From the human T2T-CHM13v2.0 reference genome, Homo sapiens, in NCBI RefSeq assembly GCF_009914755.1, contig NC_060941.1: a stretch of DNA of 64,000 nucleotides; one strand, 5' to 3'. Below the pieces are notes generated by a model. It was not told where the DNA came from, ran no database searches, and saw nothing but the letters and a program-made list of their open reading frames with translations. How positions within the stretch are numbered: the stretch's first letter is position 1; each line of letters starts with the position of its first letter. Shown in pieces: positions 1 through 13,205 of the stretch. The translations under genes and the position numbers were made by a program.

Positions 1-186
1 GTCTTTTCACGTTTTTCTGCCTGCTTTATATTCTAGCCATGCTGGCAGCTGATTAGACAGTCTGCCTTTCCCAGCCCACTGACTCAAATGTTAAGGTCCT
101 TTGGCAACACCCTCAGAAACACACCCAGTATCAACACTTTGCATCCTTCAATCCAGTCAAGTTGACACTCACTATTAATCATCACA
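1..186 (-). mobile_element. MLT2A (HERV-L) LTR, 5' part, cut by window edge
   Basis: Reverse complement begins TGTGATGATTAATAGTGAGTGTCAACTTGACTGGATTGAAGGATGCAAAG, matching the MLT2A1/A2 5' end. It abuts THE1 internal sequence, so it is probably inserted into it. Confidence 0.85.
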
Positions 187-1675
187 CAGGCAGAGGTATG
201 AACAATTTGGAGGGCTCAGAAATAGGCAGAAAGATATAGGAAAGTTTGGAGCTTCCTTGTTGATTGGTTTTGATAAAAGAAGTCCAGGCCGCGGAGGTCT
301 CAGATGGAGATGAAGGAGTTATTGGGAACTGGAGCAAAGGTGATTCTTGTTATGCTTTAGCAGAGCGGCTGGCAGCATTGTGCCCCTGCCCTAGAGATCT
401 GTGGAACTTTGAACTTGAGAGAGATGATTTACAGTATCTGGCGAAAGAAATTTCTAAGCAGCAAAGCATTCAAGATATGACTTGGGTGCTGTTCAAAGCA
501 TTCAGCTTTATTCATTCACAAAGATATGGTTTGGAATTGGAACTTTGTTTAAAACGGAAGCAGAGCATAAAAGTTCCAAAAATTTGCAGCCTGACAATGT
601 GAAAAACCCATTTTCTAAGGAGAAATTCAAGCCAGCGGAAGAAATTTGCATAAGTAACAAGGAGCTAAATGTTAATCGCCAAGACAATGGGGAAAATCTC
701 TCGAGGGCATGTCAGAGGTCTTCCCTGCAGCCCCTCCCATCACAGGTATGGAGGCCTAGTAGGAAAAAATGGTTTCATGGGCCGGGCCCAGGGCCTTGCT
801 GCTTTGTGTAGCCCCGAGACTTGGTGCCCTGCATCCCGACCATGGCTAAAAGGGGCCAAAATACTGCTTAGGCTGTTGCTTCAGAGGGTAAAAGCCCCAA
901 GCCTTGGCAGCTTACATGTGATATTAGGCCTGCAAGTCCTCAAGAATTGAGATTTGGGAACCTCTGCCTAGATTGCAAAGGGTGTATGGAAGTGCCTGGG
1001 TGTCCAGGCAGAGGTGTGCTGCAGGGGCACAGCTCTCATGGAGAACCTCTGCTAGGCCAGTGTGGAAGGGAAAATGGTGTCAGAGCCCCCACACAGAGTC
1101 CCCACTGGGGCACTGTGTAGTGGAGGTGTGAGAAGAAGGCCACAGTCCTCCAGACCCCAGAATGGTAGATCCACCTACAGCTTCCACCACACACCCAGAG
1201 AGGCCATAGACACTCAACACAAGCCTGTAAAAGCAGCTGGGAGTGGGGGCTGTACCCTACAAAACCACAGGGGCACAGCTGCCCAAGACCATGGGAATCA
1301 ACCTCTTGCATCTGCATTACCTGGATCTGAGACACAGAGTCAAAGGAGATCATTTTGCAGCTTTAAGATTTGAATTCCCCACAAGATTTCAGACTTTCAT
1401 AGGGGCTGTAGCCCCTTCATTTTGATCAATTTCTTCCATTTGGAATGGGCATATTTACTCAATGCCTGTACCCCCATTGTATCTAGGAAGTAACTAACTT
1501 GCTTTGACTTTACAGGCTCATAGGCAGAAGGGGTTTGCCTTGTCTCACATGAGACTTTGAACTTTGGACTTTTGAGTTAATGCTGAAATGAGTTAAGACT
1601 TCGAGGGACTGTTCGGAAGGCATGGTTGGTTTTGAAATGTGAGGACATGAGATTTGGGAGGGGCCAAGGGTGGAA
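187..1675 (+). mobile_element. MaLR (THE1-type) internal region
   Basis: Starts CAGGCAGAGG..TTTGGAGGGCTCAGAA. The decayed ORF EVSDGDE..GNWSKGDSCYALA..LCPCPRDLWNFELERDDL is typical of THE1/MST-int. It ends in a purine tract directly before the LTR. Confidence 0.9.
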
Positions 1676-2041
1676 TGATATGGTTTGGCTGTGTCCCCAC
1701 TCAAATCTCATATTGAAGTATAGTTCCCATAATCCCCACATGTTGTGGGAGGGACGGGGTGGGAAGTGACTGAATCATGAGGGTGGATTTTTCCTGTGCT
1801 GTTTTCATGATAGTGAATAAGTCTCATGAAGTCTAACGGTTTTATAAAGGGCAGTTCCCCTACACATGCACTCTTGCCTGCCACCATGTAAAATGTACCT
1901 TTGCTCCTCCTTCATGTTCCACCATGATTGTGAGGCCTCCCAGCTATGTAGAATCATGAGTCTTTATAAACTGTCTTTTTTCTTTGTAAATTACCAAGTC
2001 TTGGGTATTTCTTCATAGCAGTATGAAAATGGAAGAATACA
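1676..2041 (+). mobile_element. THE1 (C/D-like) 3' LTR
   Basis: TGATATGGTTTGGCTGTGTCCCCAC...GAAAATGGAAGAATACA, about 365 bp with TG..CA ends. Confidence 0.9.
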
Positions 2042-2329
2042 CCCACATACTCCATCTGTGGAAAATACCTCTAAAATTATTTTAACCAAAAAAACAATTG
2101 AATTAGAACAGGGACCGTCAGATGGGGAAGATGATAAGTGACAAAAACCTACACTAGTATACAATGAAATCCAAACAGGAAGTAATAGAATGACAGGGGA
2201 TTTGTAATATGTATTAATTAGGGTTCTTAAACTAGGCATGCTGCAAAGGGAAGCCCCCAAGTCATCTGGGACTGAACATACTGAACTATGTATTTCAAAC
2301 CTAGCATTTGTGGGGGGCCAGAGTTATGG

Positions 2330-2740
2330 TGTGGAGAAAAAGGAAGTAAAACTATTTTAAAGTTTCATGTTTCCAATGAAGCAGATATAGAAACAATCTG
2401 GGAAGTGAGTACCCAGGAGGAGTAAAAGTTGATATTTTGTTTTTGTGTAGTACTAAGATCTAATAGCAAGTGTGTTGAATATGGGAAGGTAACAATCAGT
2501 GGAAAGGAAATGTATCATAAACTTCCAATTTAACAAGGAGAAAATAAAAAAAGAAAGGAGTGAATAATCATTTGACCAATGGGCAAAAATGAGGAAAAAA
2601 AACTAAGAGAAAGCACTGAGTGAAAATAACCAGTCAATGTAAAATAAAATGGGAAGCATAATATTAAGTATAAGAGTCACTAACTAAAGGTAGGAGAGCA
2701 AACTTCACCCATAAAAAGACAGAGATTGTTGAAATGAGTC
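2330..2740 (+). mobile_element. old L1 (L1M) fragment
   Basis: A-rich sequence with CCCATAAAAAGACAGAGATTG, resembling the start of L1 ORF2. Confidence 0.45.
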
Positions 2741-2779
2741 ACACACAGAGAGCAGCCCATGACAAACACACTGTGTGAG

Positions 2780-3240
2780 GTCTCTTTCACTTGCTCTTGC
2801 AGGTCTGTCTATTTCTTTCTCCAAGCTGTGATCGGCTCTGAGTAGCTGGCCTGTAGGGGTCCCTTTTCTCCTGGTTTCCACTTAGGTTCAGCCAGTGAGG
2901 ATCACTGAGGGAGAGATAAGAAGGAGGGAGGAGAACGAGCTTCTTCCTTATGTGAACAGCCTGGACCGGCTCTGTTCCCCAGTGAAAATCCCTTGCTCCT
3001 CCCAAGATAATTGACTATACTCAAGTCTCTGTCTTTCCAGATTCCAGTAACCTCTCTCTCCCCTTGTCCCTCTGGCCTTAGGGGTGGTAACAGCTCCAAT
3101 TCTCCTAACACCAGGTCTGCACACTATCCTTGTGATTCCCTTACACCAACACTTCATAAAGAGTTTGCCATCTGTTTTCCTATCTGGAATTATCCGATTT
3201 TGAGAGTGCCATCTGTTTTCTGTTGGGACTTGGCTGATAA
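2780..3240 (+). mobile_element. LTR33-like ERVL LTR
   Basis: GGCCTTAGGGGTGGTAACAGCT...GAGTGCCATCTGTTTTCTGTTGGGACTTGGCTGATA resembles the LTR33 3' half. It is followed by a Leu-tRNA-like primer-binding site. Confidence 0.65.
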
Positions 3241-4580
3241 TTGGTTCCAGAAGTGGCCCCAGGAAAGAAGTTTTCAAAATGAGATTCTGGAATTGGGTTG
3301 GATGTATATGCAAGGAGTGAATGTTCCGTTTTACTTGTTGAGTAAACACAGAATATGAGTAACCTGTGATATTCAGTCATTCAAATTATCACTGGTGGAC
3401 AGAGCAAGATAAAATATAGGGAGTGTAAGGAGAGGGAAGGGTGCTGGGAGTTCATCAGGCTGTGACACTGATTTCTTGTGGCGAAATTGAAATAATAAAT
3501 ATTACGAAGACACCTGGCATCTTCTTAGGCCTATAAAGAGAGTGCATAGAGAAGAAGAGAAATTAAATACCATGAGCACACAATCGAAGACATGCATGGA
3601 AAATCAGAAGTCTCCATGTCAGCATTAAAGGATCCTTTCTGTCTCCTGTGACCTTAGGGGAGGTGAGGCCCAGGGTATGAGGGTGAAGGTACAGCTCCAA
3701 GTAGATGCTCAACCCCACCACACCTCTTAGGCTATGGTAAAGACACTAGTGAGGAAAACTGGGAACCTGAGACCTGGGTTGAGGACATTTGAGCAGACAT
3801 AGATACACCTAAGAACTTGGAATATTATTCCTTTGAACCTCTCTTTGCAGGAAGAGGATGCCTCTCTTCCTCCCCAATATAAAAGAACTGGCTTTTACCT
3901 GCATAAAAGCCGTTCAGTTTCTTCACATGGGGCAGGCCTTATAACACGATGCCTATTCTCTCAGCACCCACATCCAGGATGACCAACTTGTCCCAGTTTG
4001 CTCATGACTTTCTTGGTTTTAGCACTGAAAATCCTAGGCCCAAGGAACTCCCTCAATTGCTGAAAGCTGGAACAATAGTCACCCTACTCATAGCAACATC
4101 TCTCATTTCTTCTAGCCCCATAAAGCTAGTTAGAGTCCTCCCAGCCCAGATGTAGAGGTGAAAGGCTTGCTCCAGAAAGGACAGTTTACTGTTCAAGAAA
4201 GCAACAAATTTTTGCTAATGTGAATCAGCAGAAGCCTAGGGGACTTGTGTGGGAGTGGATCCCAAGAGTGTTAAGCCAAAAGGAAACACAAATTGAATTT
4301 GGATCCTGCAGAATTTCCTGACATAGATGTTATCACCCAGATCTGGGGATTTTGTGGGTTGATTCACACTAAAGCCCCACAATGCAATAATAGTTGCTAG
4401 GTTGCCTAATCAAACCTTGAATGTGATGAAGAGCTTGAAATGCCATTGCATTCCTAGTATGTGGTAGGAAGGAGTCTGGAGGCCTGGAAAAATGGGTTAT
4501 GTTAGAGGAGCCTATTTTGTATGACTTCCTCGGTCACCCCAGCCCATCGTACCTCTAGGAGGGCCCGTGGACACTGTCTT
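3241..4580 (+). mobile_element. ERVL internal remnant with decayed gag
   Basis: PBS-like TGGTTCCAGAAGTGG at 3242-3256. 4211-4340 translates FANVNQQKPRGLVWEWIPRVL, then after a frameshift LDPAEFPDI, resembling the ERVL Gag motif VWEWILRV..LDQAEFIDM. Confidence 0.7.
3975..4086. mobile_element. MER81 hAT MITE inserted in the ERVL relic
   Basis: About 112 bp with termini CAGGATGACCAAC / TAGTCACCCTA and core GGTTTTAGCACTGAAA. Confidence 0.75.
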
Positions 4581-7500
4581 CACCATTCTGATTACATAAG
4601 CACAGAAAATTATTTAGTAGGACACTTAATAGGTTATTAACATGAGTTCCCTGGAGTGGGATGGATTAAAAGAATAGAGGAAGAGCAGAGGTTAAGCAAA
4701 ACAAAACAAAACAACAAAAAGCATGATATGATCTTATGTTTGTAAAAGTGTATGTGGATGTTTACAAACATAAAAGAATGTTATTTCGAATTTTCTTATT
4801 CTAATTTGTATCATTTCGCTGTTTACAGAGAACATGTGTTTTGTAATTAGAAAAAAATGTTTTACTGTGTTAGTTTTTTTAGACAGAAGAGATGAGAGAA
4901 GAAGATGAGGAGAGCAGTGTAAGACATCCCAAATATTATTAGGTAAGTTTTAAGAAAACAAGGTTTTTGTAGGTGATGATTTGGGGATTGCCTGAGAGGA
5001 CATGCCAGGGAAATTTATGGAGATGCAGGAAGGAGAAGACAGCAATAGATGGAGTCTAGGCATGGGGAGATGATAGGTTGATAGGACACCCACATGAGAA
5101 ATATCCAATTCTAGGAGAAAGGGGGTTGTGTGTATAACGGATAATTCTGGTAGACTAAGAACTCCGTAATATCCTCTCTTTCATTGTTAGAGGTGAGGGC
5201 ATGAGGACTGACACATAGGAGAGAAATCTAGAATCCTATTTTAGATAAATATCTGAACCAAAAAGAAAAGGGAAAGCAAGGAAAGGAGACCCTTGGAGTC
5301 AGCCAACCATGTTAGTCCTGCACGTGGTCAAAAAGGAAAGGGATATGCTTAAAAAGCCCGTAGAACTCTTACAAACTCTGTTGAACCTCTGAAAATGAAA
5401 CACCAGTCATAGCGCTAGGTTGAAGAATTTCCATGCTGATATATCGGGGTCCGGAAGATTCAAAGGTTGAGAGAAAACAAGTTTGGTGGAACTTGTAGCA
5501 GAAGCCACAGTGGTTCACCTGGGGACACCCACAACACAGATATTTAAAGCACCAACAGTTTCAGTTTAAAAAGTTATTGAGAGAGAAGGTCCTGTGGGAA
5601 CAAACCTAAGGCTGAGGGCAAAGTGCTTCCAGGAGGTTGTTTTCACAAGCTTTAAAAATTCTGAAGCAAAGACTAATGCTCACAGACACGTAGCACGGAA
5701 CTCACAGGCCTTGGGACCTGGCTGAAGATGCAGTAAGGAAGGAGAACAGGAGGTCAGAAGAGTAAAAGCAGCAACTCCATGCATGCTTCAATTTCCCAAC
5801 CGCTAACTGTGAAGAATCCTCCGCACAAGAAAGGATGGGAGATTTGTCAACAAAAATTGACAAAACTAAGTTCAGCACTCAGGTGCTGAGAATAATATTC
5901 AAAGGAAAATAGAAATTGGGGGTCCACAAAGACCATGATGGAGCCTAAAGGAAGAAAGGACACTCTAAATAAGACATGATGACTTAGACCAGCACCATGG
6001 CAGATTTTGCAAGATAGAAACGTCTTGAATACTACCTCCTCCAAAATACCAAAATAGCGGATGGAAGGTGCCGGAATTACTTGATGGGAGATTTCTCGAC
6101 ACCTAAGTTTGTCGGCTTTGGAGTTTGTACACCCAACGCAAGAATCTGACTGGCATCTTGGAACCTGAGATTTCAATTATTTTCTTTTCTTCTTTTTTTT
6201 TCTTTTTAACTTTTCTTTGTCTGGACTCCTTTTTCAATAGATCATTCAGTCTTTACTAGAACCAGGTACTAAGTTCCAGAAGCATAATTTCATGGCAGGT
6301 AATTGCTAGAGGGCAAGGGTGATTCTTGTCAATTTCCTTAGACTTTTATGGTGGATCAGGATCTGTGATCCCTTATAACTCCCATTGACCCTCCAACATT
6401 ATGAATGTAGGACGTATGAGAATCTTTGGTTTATTTTGCTTTAGATTACTTAAATTTTTACTCAATTTGGTGGAAGATAGTAAATGTTACAACTGCTGGA
6501 AAAGGAATCCTGACTTAATCTAGACATTACAAAGAAAGCAGCTGGGAATAAACAGAAAATAAAATTCAGAGGACAAAAACTTCCATTTGTTTATTTCTGT
6601 GAGATTTAATTTGAAACTTTAATTTCTCCTTAAAGAGTGGGAAGGTGGTCATATTTAGTCATATTTGAGGCTTTTGTTTTGCTTTCTTTTGCTCTGTTGT
6701 TCAATATTTTGGTCACTGAATTATTTGGATAGCTTTGGTATTCTTTGGTACCCATTTCATAACTCCTTTAGGGGATTCAGGTGAATTATATTGGACAACA
6801 TGACAAAGAATAACAGATTCACTGAACACAAAATAATCACCTTTATGGTTGATACTATTTGTTTTAATTTATTATCAGTTAGCTTCACTTTCAGGGTTGG
6901 CTCATGTGTTATCCATATGTTGCATTTTTCCTACTATGTTACATTCTCTTTATGGCAAGAATATGTTTTTTGTGTGTGTGGTTTTGTAACCCTAAAAGGT
7001 ATCACAGTGCCATCCACTAAACTGTGGTCAGTAGGCAAAATGAAGTGCCTGGAGTGCCTAGGACAAGGCTTGGCACGTGGAGAGTGTTTCAACCCAGTAG
7101 ACTGGACGAGTCTTCTGTTGATGATGATGAGCCCAAGCAGCAGTGATGATGACAGTGGCTGGTGACAGACACAGCTGGGAAAATAAAATTCAGCTGGAAA
7201 AACAGTCCAATGAGTACTCAGCTAGAGACACAGACATACTGTTTGCTTATGGTTGAACGATATTTCCAGCGTCTGAGCAGGAACCTTACCTCCCACTCTT
7301 TGTATGCCTTCTCTTTCCATCATTTGTTACACACAGGAGTCACCGGCTTCAGACTTACCTGCCATGCTTAATTCCCTTAAACGCTAGGATGAGGCTCCAG
7401 CAGCTTGCTCTACCCATCGGCAAACAGAGACTTGTGGGGAGAGGGGAGGAGAGGGAATTTTGGCAGAATTTCACTTAAAAATGTGCAGAGAGCTTTATAA

Positions 7501-9276
7501 TATTTTTCTTGGCCCTGCCACTCAGTAGTTACCTTTAAATTTACTTTATGTGAAACCAGAGAAACCTTACACTGAATAACCATTTCAGGTGAAGTTCAAG
7601 CTCACAATTTTGTCTTACCTGGTCGGTCTGTCCACGAACCCTCCCCTAAACTATTGGTCAAACTACCACATGTGTTTCTGACCCTTTGAAGCCTCTTTTT
7701 CTTTTTCCTCCATGTACATACCTAATATATATGATAGATATCACGTATATCTGCAAATATAAGATGATTATCCAATGTCCCAATGAGAATATTGAAGAAA
7801 ATAAAATGTTGGTCAATTAAAATGTTAGTGATATAGGTGAAAAAATAAAATCCCTATGCCCAATAATTAATTAGGTAATATGATATTTAAAAATACATAC
7901 TATATAAAATAATCTTTTAATTTGAAAATTTATTCTTTCAAATTTATGTTTAGCGAGAAATGTTTTTCAGATTTTTCCCACGCATCAATGTCTTCCTCAT
8001 CATTAAATCACTTCTCTTGAGTCATCAAACGTGGTTTCCCAGAAAACAGCATTTCTGCTTCTTTTTTGAGATAAAGTACCCTTTTAAGCTGTGTCTAATG
8101 ATGACACTTACATTTTTGCCCCAGGCCACAAGTTCCCATTTTCATAGCATAAGGACTGTTTTTTGTTTATTTTCCCATTCACCCTTGAGGGGTTTATGTG
8201 TGGTCTCTGAAATATATTCACTTACTATTTGGCTTTTAAAAATAATACTCTATATAAATGGCTTGATTGAAAAAAAATCTGATACCCCCAGGAATAATTA
8301 CTGGATCTGTTTAAATTTCTTTGCCTCTTTTCTGTTTTTTCAAATAAATGATATCAAGTCCTCCACTATAAAGATCCAAAATTAGCTCTTTCAGGTTTAT
8401 GTGTCTTTCCCAAATGGTATGTTGTTCAAATTAAAGTGATTAAGAAAGCAAATGCTGTACTGGAGAATTTGTGAGGATCTGAAAATAACACAACCCCATC
8501 TTTTTTAACTGATAACTTTTTGGGGGAAAATAAAAACGATGCTTTATAATCATAGATAGGTACATGTAAGTTTCACTTACATAAAACCTAAGACATATCT
8601 ATCACAAGGGAATTAGGTCTTATTTAGTCAGGGATGTTGGCTTTTAAGACAGACACTTTACTCATACCAAGAAAACATATACAGAGACTTAGTAGGTCAT
8701 ATACACAAAGGACAAGAATGAAGTGGGTTCAGTACCGATCAAATCCAAGGACTAAAAGAACGTGGTATTCGCTTTTGCTTTTCCTCTCACTCTTGACTAG
8801 TCTCTTTGGCAACTCATCTCTCTTATCTCTACTTTTCTATATATTGGGATTATTTTTCTCTTCTTTCATAAAGTTCTTTGTGACGAGGGAAAACACACAG
8901 AACAAGCAATGGTAGCCTTCCACCATCCTCAATTAGCAACTGCAGAGAAAGGAAAAAAAGGCAAAGCTGTTTCTCCAAATGCTTGACATACAAAAAGTCC
9001 CCAAAGAGGACCTGAGATTGCTGGTCCATTTCTTGGACTCTTAGTCTTATCTGATCTTGTGAGTTATTTTAACTGACCTTGCCTAGATGGATCATCTGCC
9101 CCTAAAGCTGGTGTTGTGCAACTGCTGGCTCCTCAAGAAGGTTTCCTGAAGAAAGAGGGAGTAAGCTTTATGGAAAAGAGTAGGAAGAGAATTCTGAACC
9201 TACCCAAACCACAGAAGTCTACTGTGGACATTTTAGACTCGTTTAAAAGCAAACTAACAAGAGATGTTTTAAATAA

Positions 9277-9978
<702 letters not shown>

Positions 9979-10780
9979 CATATGTGATTTTTAAAAACTT
10001 TTCTGTTGTCCTATTATTCTTTACAGCCTGTAAGAGATGTAAAATCCACAAGTTCTCGAATCTAGAGCAGGAACTAAGTCCTAATCAATATTTTAGCATA
10101 CCTGTAATCAAAGCTTTGGATTTTCCTTAATCTATGAATGATTATGCTTCACAATGAAATATCTTTCTTTCCTCCTGCTCTTTGCAAAAGGCTTCTAACA
10201 GCCTCCCTCACCTACCTTCAACTGCTTTTCCCAGCTGCAGGGGATTAAACAAGTTATGAGATTTTCCTAGCAGTAAACTTTCTGAACAAATAGAACAGTA
10301 CCTAACAGTTTTCCATTGTGGTATTAGGGAATTTTTCAAAGCTTTAATTTTTTTTTTAAAGTTCTTTTCCAATAGGTTTTAATTGGGAAAGTTTTATAAG
10401 CAAAATTAAGCAGGAGAATTAGATTTTCACTTATAAAAATTTCCAATTAGAAAAGCTTAATTAAACAATCCGGCTCTTGCCTCCTTCTTTCCCTTTACAT
10501 GATCTGGGTGCAGGTATTCCAAAAACGAGAGGGGAGGGCTTAAAAAATCAGAAGATGTAAAATTTCAACATCTGCCACAGTGCTAATGGAGTAAAATGAG
10601 TATAGTGCAATTTTTTTATAAGTTCCAAATTCCAGCTACTACTCAGTCAGTTGGGACAGTGGGATGAGCAACTCTCTTGTTCCTGAAAGTTACAAAAGAA
10701 AACCTTTGTTCCAAGTAGAAAATCTGAAAGAAAACCTCAGCTTTCCAAGAAAAGAAATTGCTTTAAAAGTGTCAAAATCA

Positions 10781-11503
<723 letters not shown>

Positions 11504-11618
11504 AGAAGCTACTTTGAAAAGCTTACAGCTATCAAAAATTCCACCATGCTGATCACCTCAGATCCTTTTTGTTGTTCACTCTGCCTGGAATTCTCTTCTC
11601 TCAGGTGCTCACGTAACC

Positions 11619-12183
11619 AAGGTTGCCAGACTTTGCAGATAAAAATGCAGGATGCTCAGCTACATTTGAATTTCAGATAAACAACAAGTACATTTTTGCT
11701 ATGCATGCTATACACTGACACTAAAAATTATTTGTTGTTTATCTGAAATTCAATTGTAGCTGAGTATCTGCATGAGTTTTCTGAAGCTGCCATAACCAAG
11801 TACCACAGACTGGAGGGCCTCAACAACAGAAATTTATTTTCTCACCATTCTGGAGGCTGGAAGTCCATGGTCAAGGAGTTGGCAGGTTTGGTTTCTCCCA
11901 AGGTCTCTCTCCTGGGCTTGTTGACGGCTGCCTTCCTGCTGTGTCCTCACATGGTTTTTTCTCTGTGCACATTCTTCCCTGGTGTCTCTTTCTCTTCTTC
12001 AAAGGCCACCAGTCTTATTGTATTAGGGTCCCACCTTTGTGACCTTATTTAATATTAATTGCCTCATTGAAGGACCTATCTCTAAATAGGGTCACCTGGA
12101 AATTAGGGCTTCAATACATGATTTTTGCCAGGGGATACACAATTCAGTCCATAACAGCGAACTTATTTTATCAGGTAACCCTG
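11619..12183. mobile_element. MER53 palindromic MITE split by an MLT1 LTR
   Basis: Left TIR AGGTTGCCAGA. Internal arms TGAATTTCAGATAAACAAC / GTTGTTTATCTGAAATTCA. The right end TATTTTATCAGGTAACCCT resumes at about 12160, after the LTR. Confidence 0.8.
11770..12157 (-). mobile_element. MLT1A/B-type MaLR solo LTR
   Basis: GCTGCCATAACCAAGTACCACAGACTGG..AACAACAGAAATTTATTTTCTCAC..CACAATTCAGTCCATAACA. Confidence 0.85.
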
Positions 12184-12199
12184 CAGAAGGCTTGTGTCT

Positions 12200-12460
12200 T
12201 CCCCTTCATAAGATCACAACTCAGAAGCCATCTTCTCAGGGCTGCCTTCCCAGGCCCCCTATTTAAAATTACAACCCCCTCTACCCAGCCCCATCCCTTC
12301 TTCCCTCCTTTCCAGATGCATTTTCTCCTGCCAGTTACCACTCTTGTTTTTACTTGGTTATGGCTTGTCTCCTCCCACTTGAAGGTTAGCTTCCTGAGGG
12401 CAGGTAGTTTTATGTAAACTTTTTTTCTACTGTATATGCAAACCAGTACCTATTGCATGG
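12200..12460 (+). mobile_element. L2 3' fragment
   Basis: TTGTCTCCTCCCACTTGAAGGTTAGCTTCCTGAGGGCAGG matches the L2 3' end. Confidence 0.6.
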
Positions 12461-12463
12461 TAC

Positions 12464-12865
12464 TGACGCTGGTTTGGATCTGTGTCTCCACCCAAATCTC
12501 CTTCCAAATCCCCAGTGTTGAAGTGGCGCCTGGTGGGAGGTGATTGCATTATGGGAGCAGTTTCTCATGGTTTAACAATACCCACCTTTGTGTTGTCACA
12601 GCAAGAGTGAGTTATCGTGAGTTCTGGTTGTTTAAAAGTGTGTAGCACCTCCCTCCATCTCCTGCTCTTCCTCTGGCCATATAGGAGGTACCTGCTTCCC
12701 CTTCACGTCTGCCATGATTGTAAGTTTCCTGAGGCTTCTCCAGAAGCAGAAGCTGCTATGTTTCCTGTACTGTCTGCAGAACAGTAAGCCAATTAAACCT
12801 CTTTTCTTTATAAATTACCCAGTCTCATGTATGTCTTTATAACAATACAAGAATGAACTAATACA
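12464..12865 (+). mobile_element. MSTA/MSTB solo LTR
   Basis: GGTTTGGATCTGTGTCTCCACCCAAATCTC...CAATTAAACCTCTTTTCTTTATAAATTACCCAGTCTC..CTAATACA. Flanked by a GGTAC/GGCAC 5-bp TSD. Confidence 0.9.
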
Positions 12866-13079
12866 GGCACCGATCAATGTTTCTCCAATAAATCAACAGG
12901 CAACAAGTGGGAAGGGGGAAACCGCTGTCTATGGCTCTTGCAGCTAACAGGCCCATGGAGAAGAGCAAAATTTTGATAAGAAGATTTGATAAGAAGATTC
13001 CAGAGCTGCCTCCATATCCAGGTCATTGTGCTGTGAAATACTTGAGGAGTTATATAACTTTCATGGACCTGGGCCACTC

Positions 13080-13205
13080 GCTAGTAACACAAGCTCCTGG
13101 GCCTCATCCTCAAGCAACTGACTCAATTAGACAAGGGCTGGAGATAGAAATCTGCATATTCAATCAACATCTCAGATGATCCTGACATGTGGACAATTCA
13201 CTGGA
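13080..13205. mobile_element. MER5-type MITE fragment
   Basis: CCTGGGCCTCATCC..GAAATCTGCATATTCAATCAACATCTCAGATGATCCTGA. Confidence 0.6.

Noticed and set aside
264-1704. ORFs of 60-112 aa
   Set aside because: Decayed MaLR internal ORF fragments, frameshifted. The same applies to 36604-38069.
11619-11770. Long hairpin as a pre-miRNA
   Set aside because: Explained by the palindromic MER53 MITE, with no independent evidence of expression.
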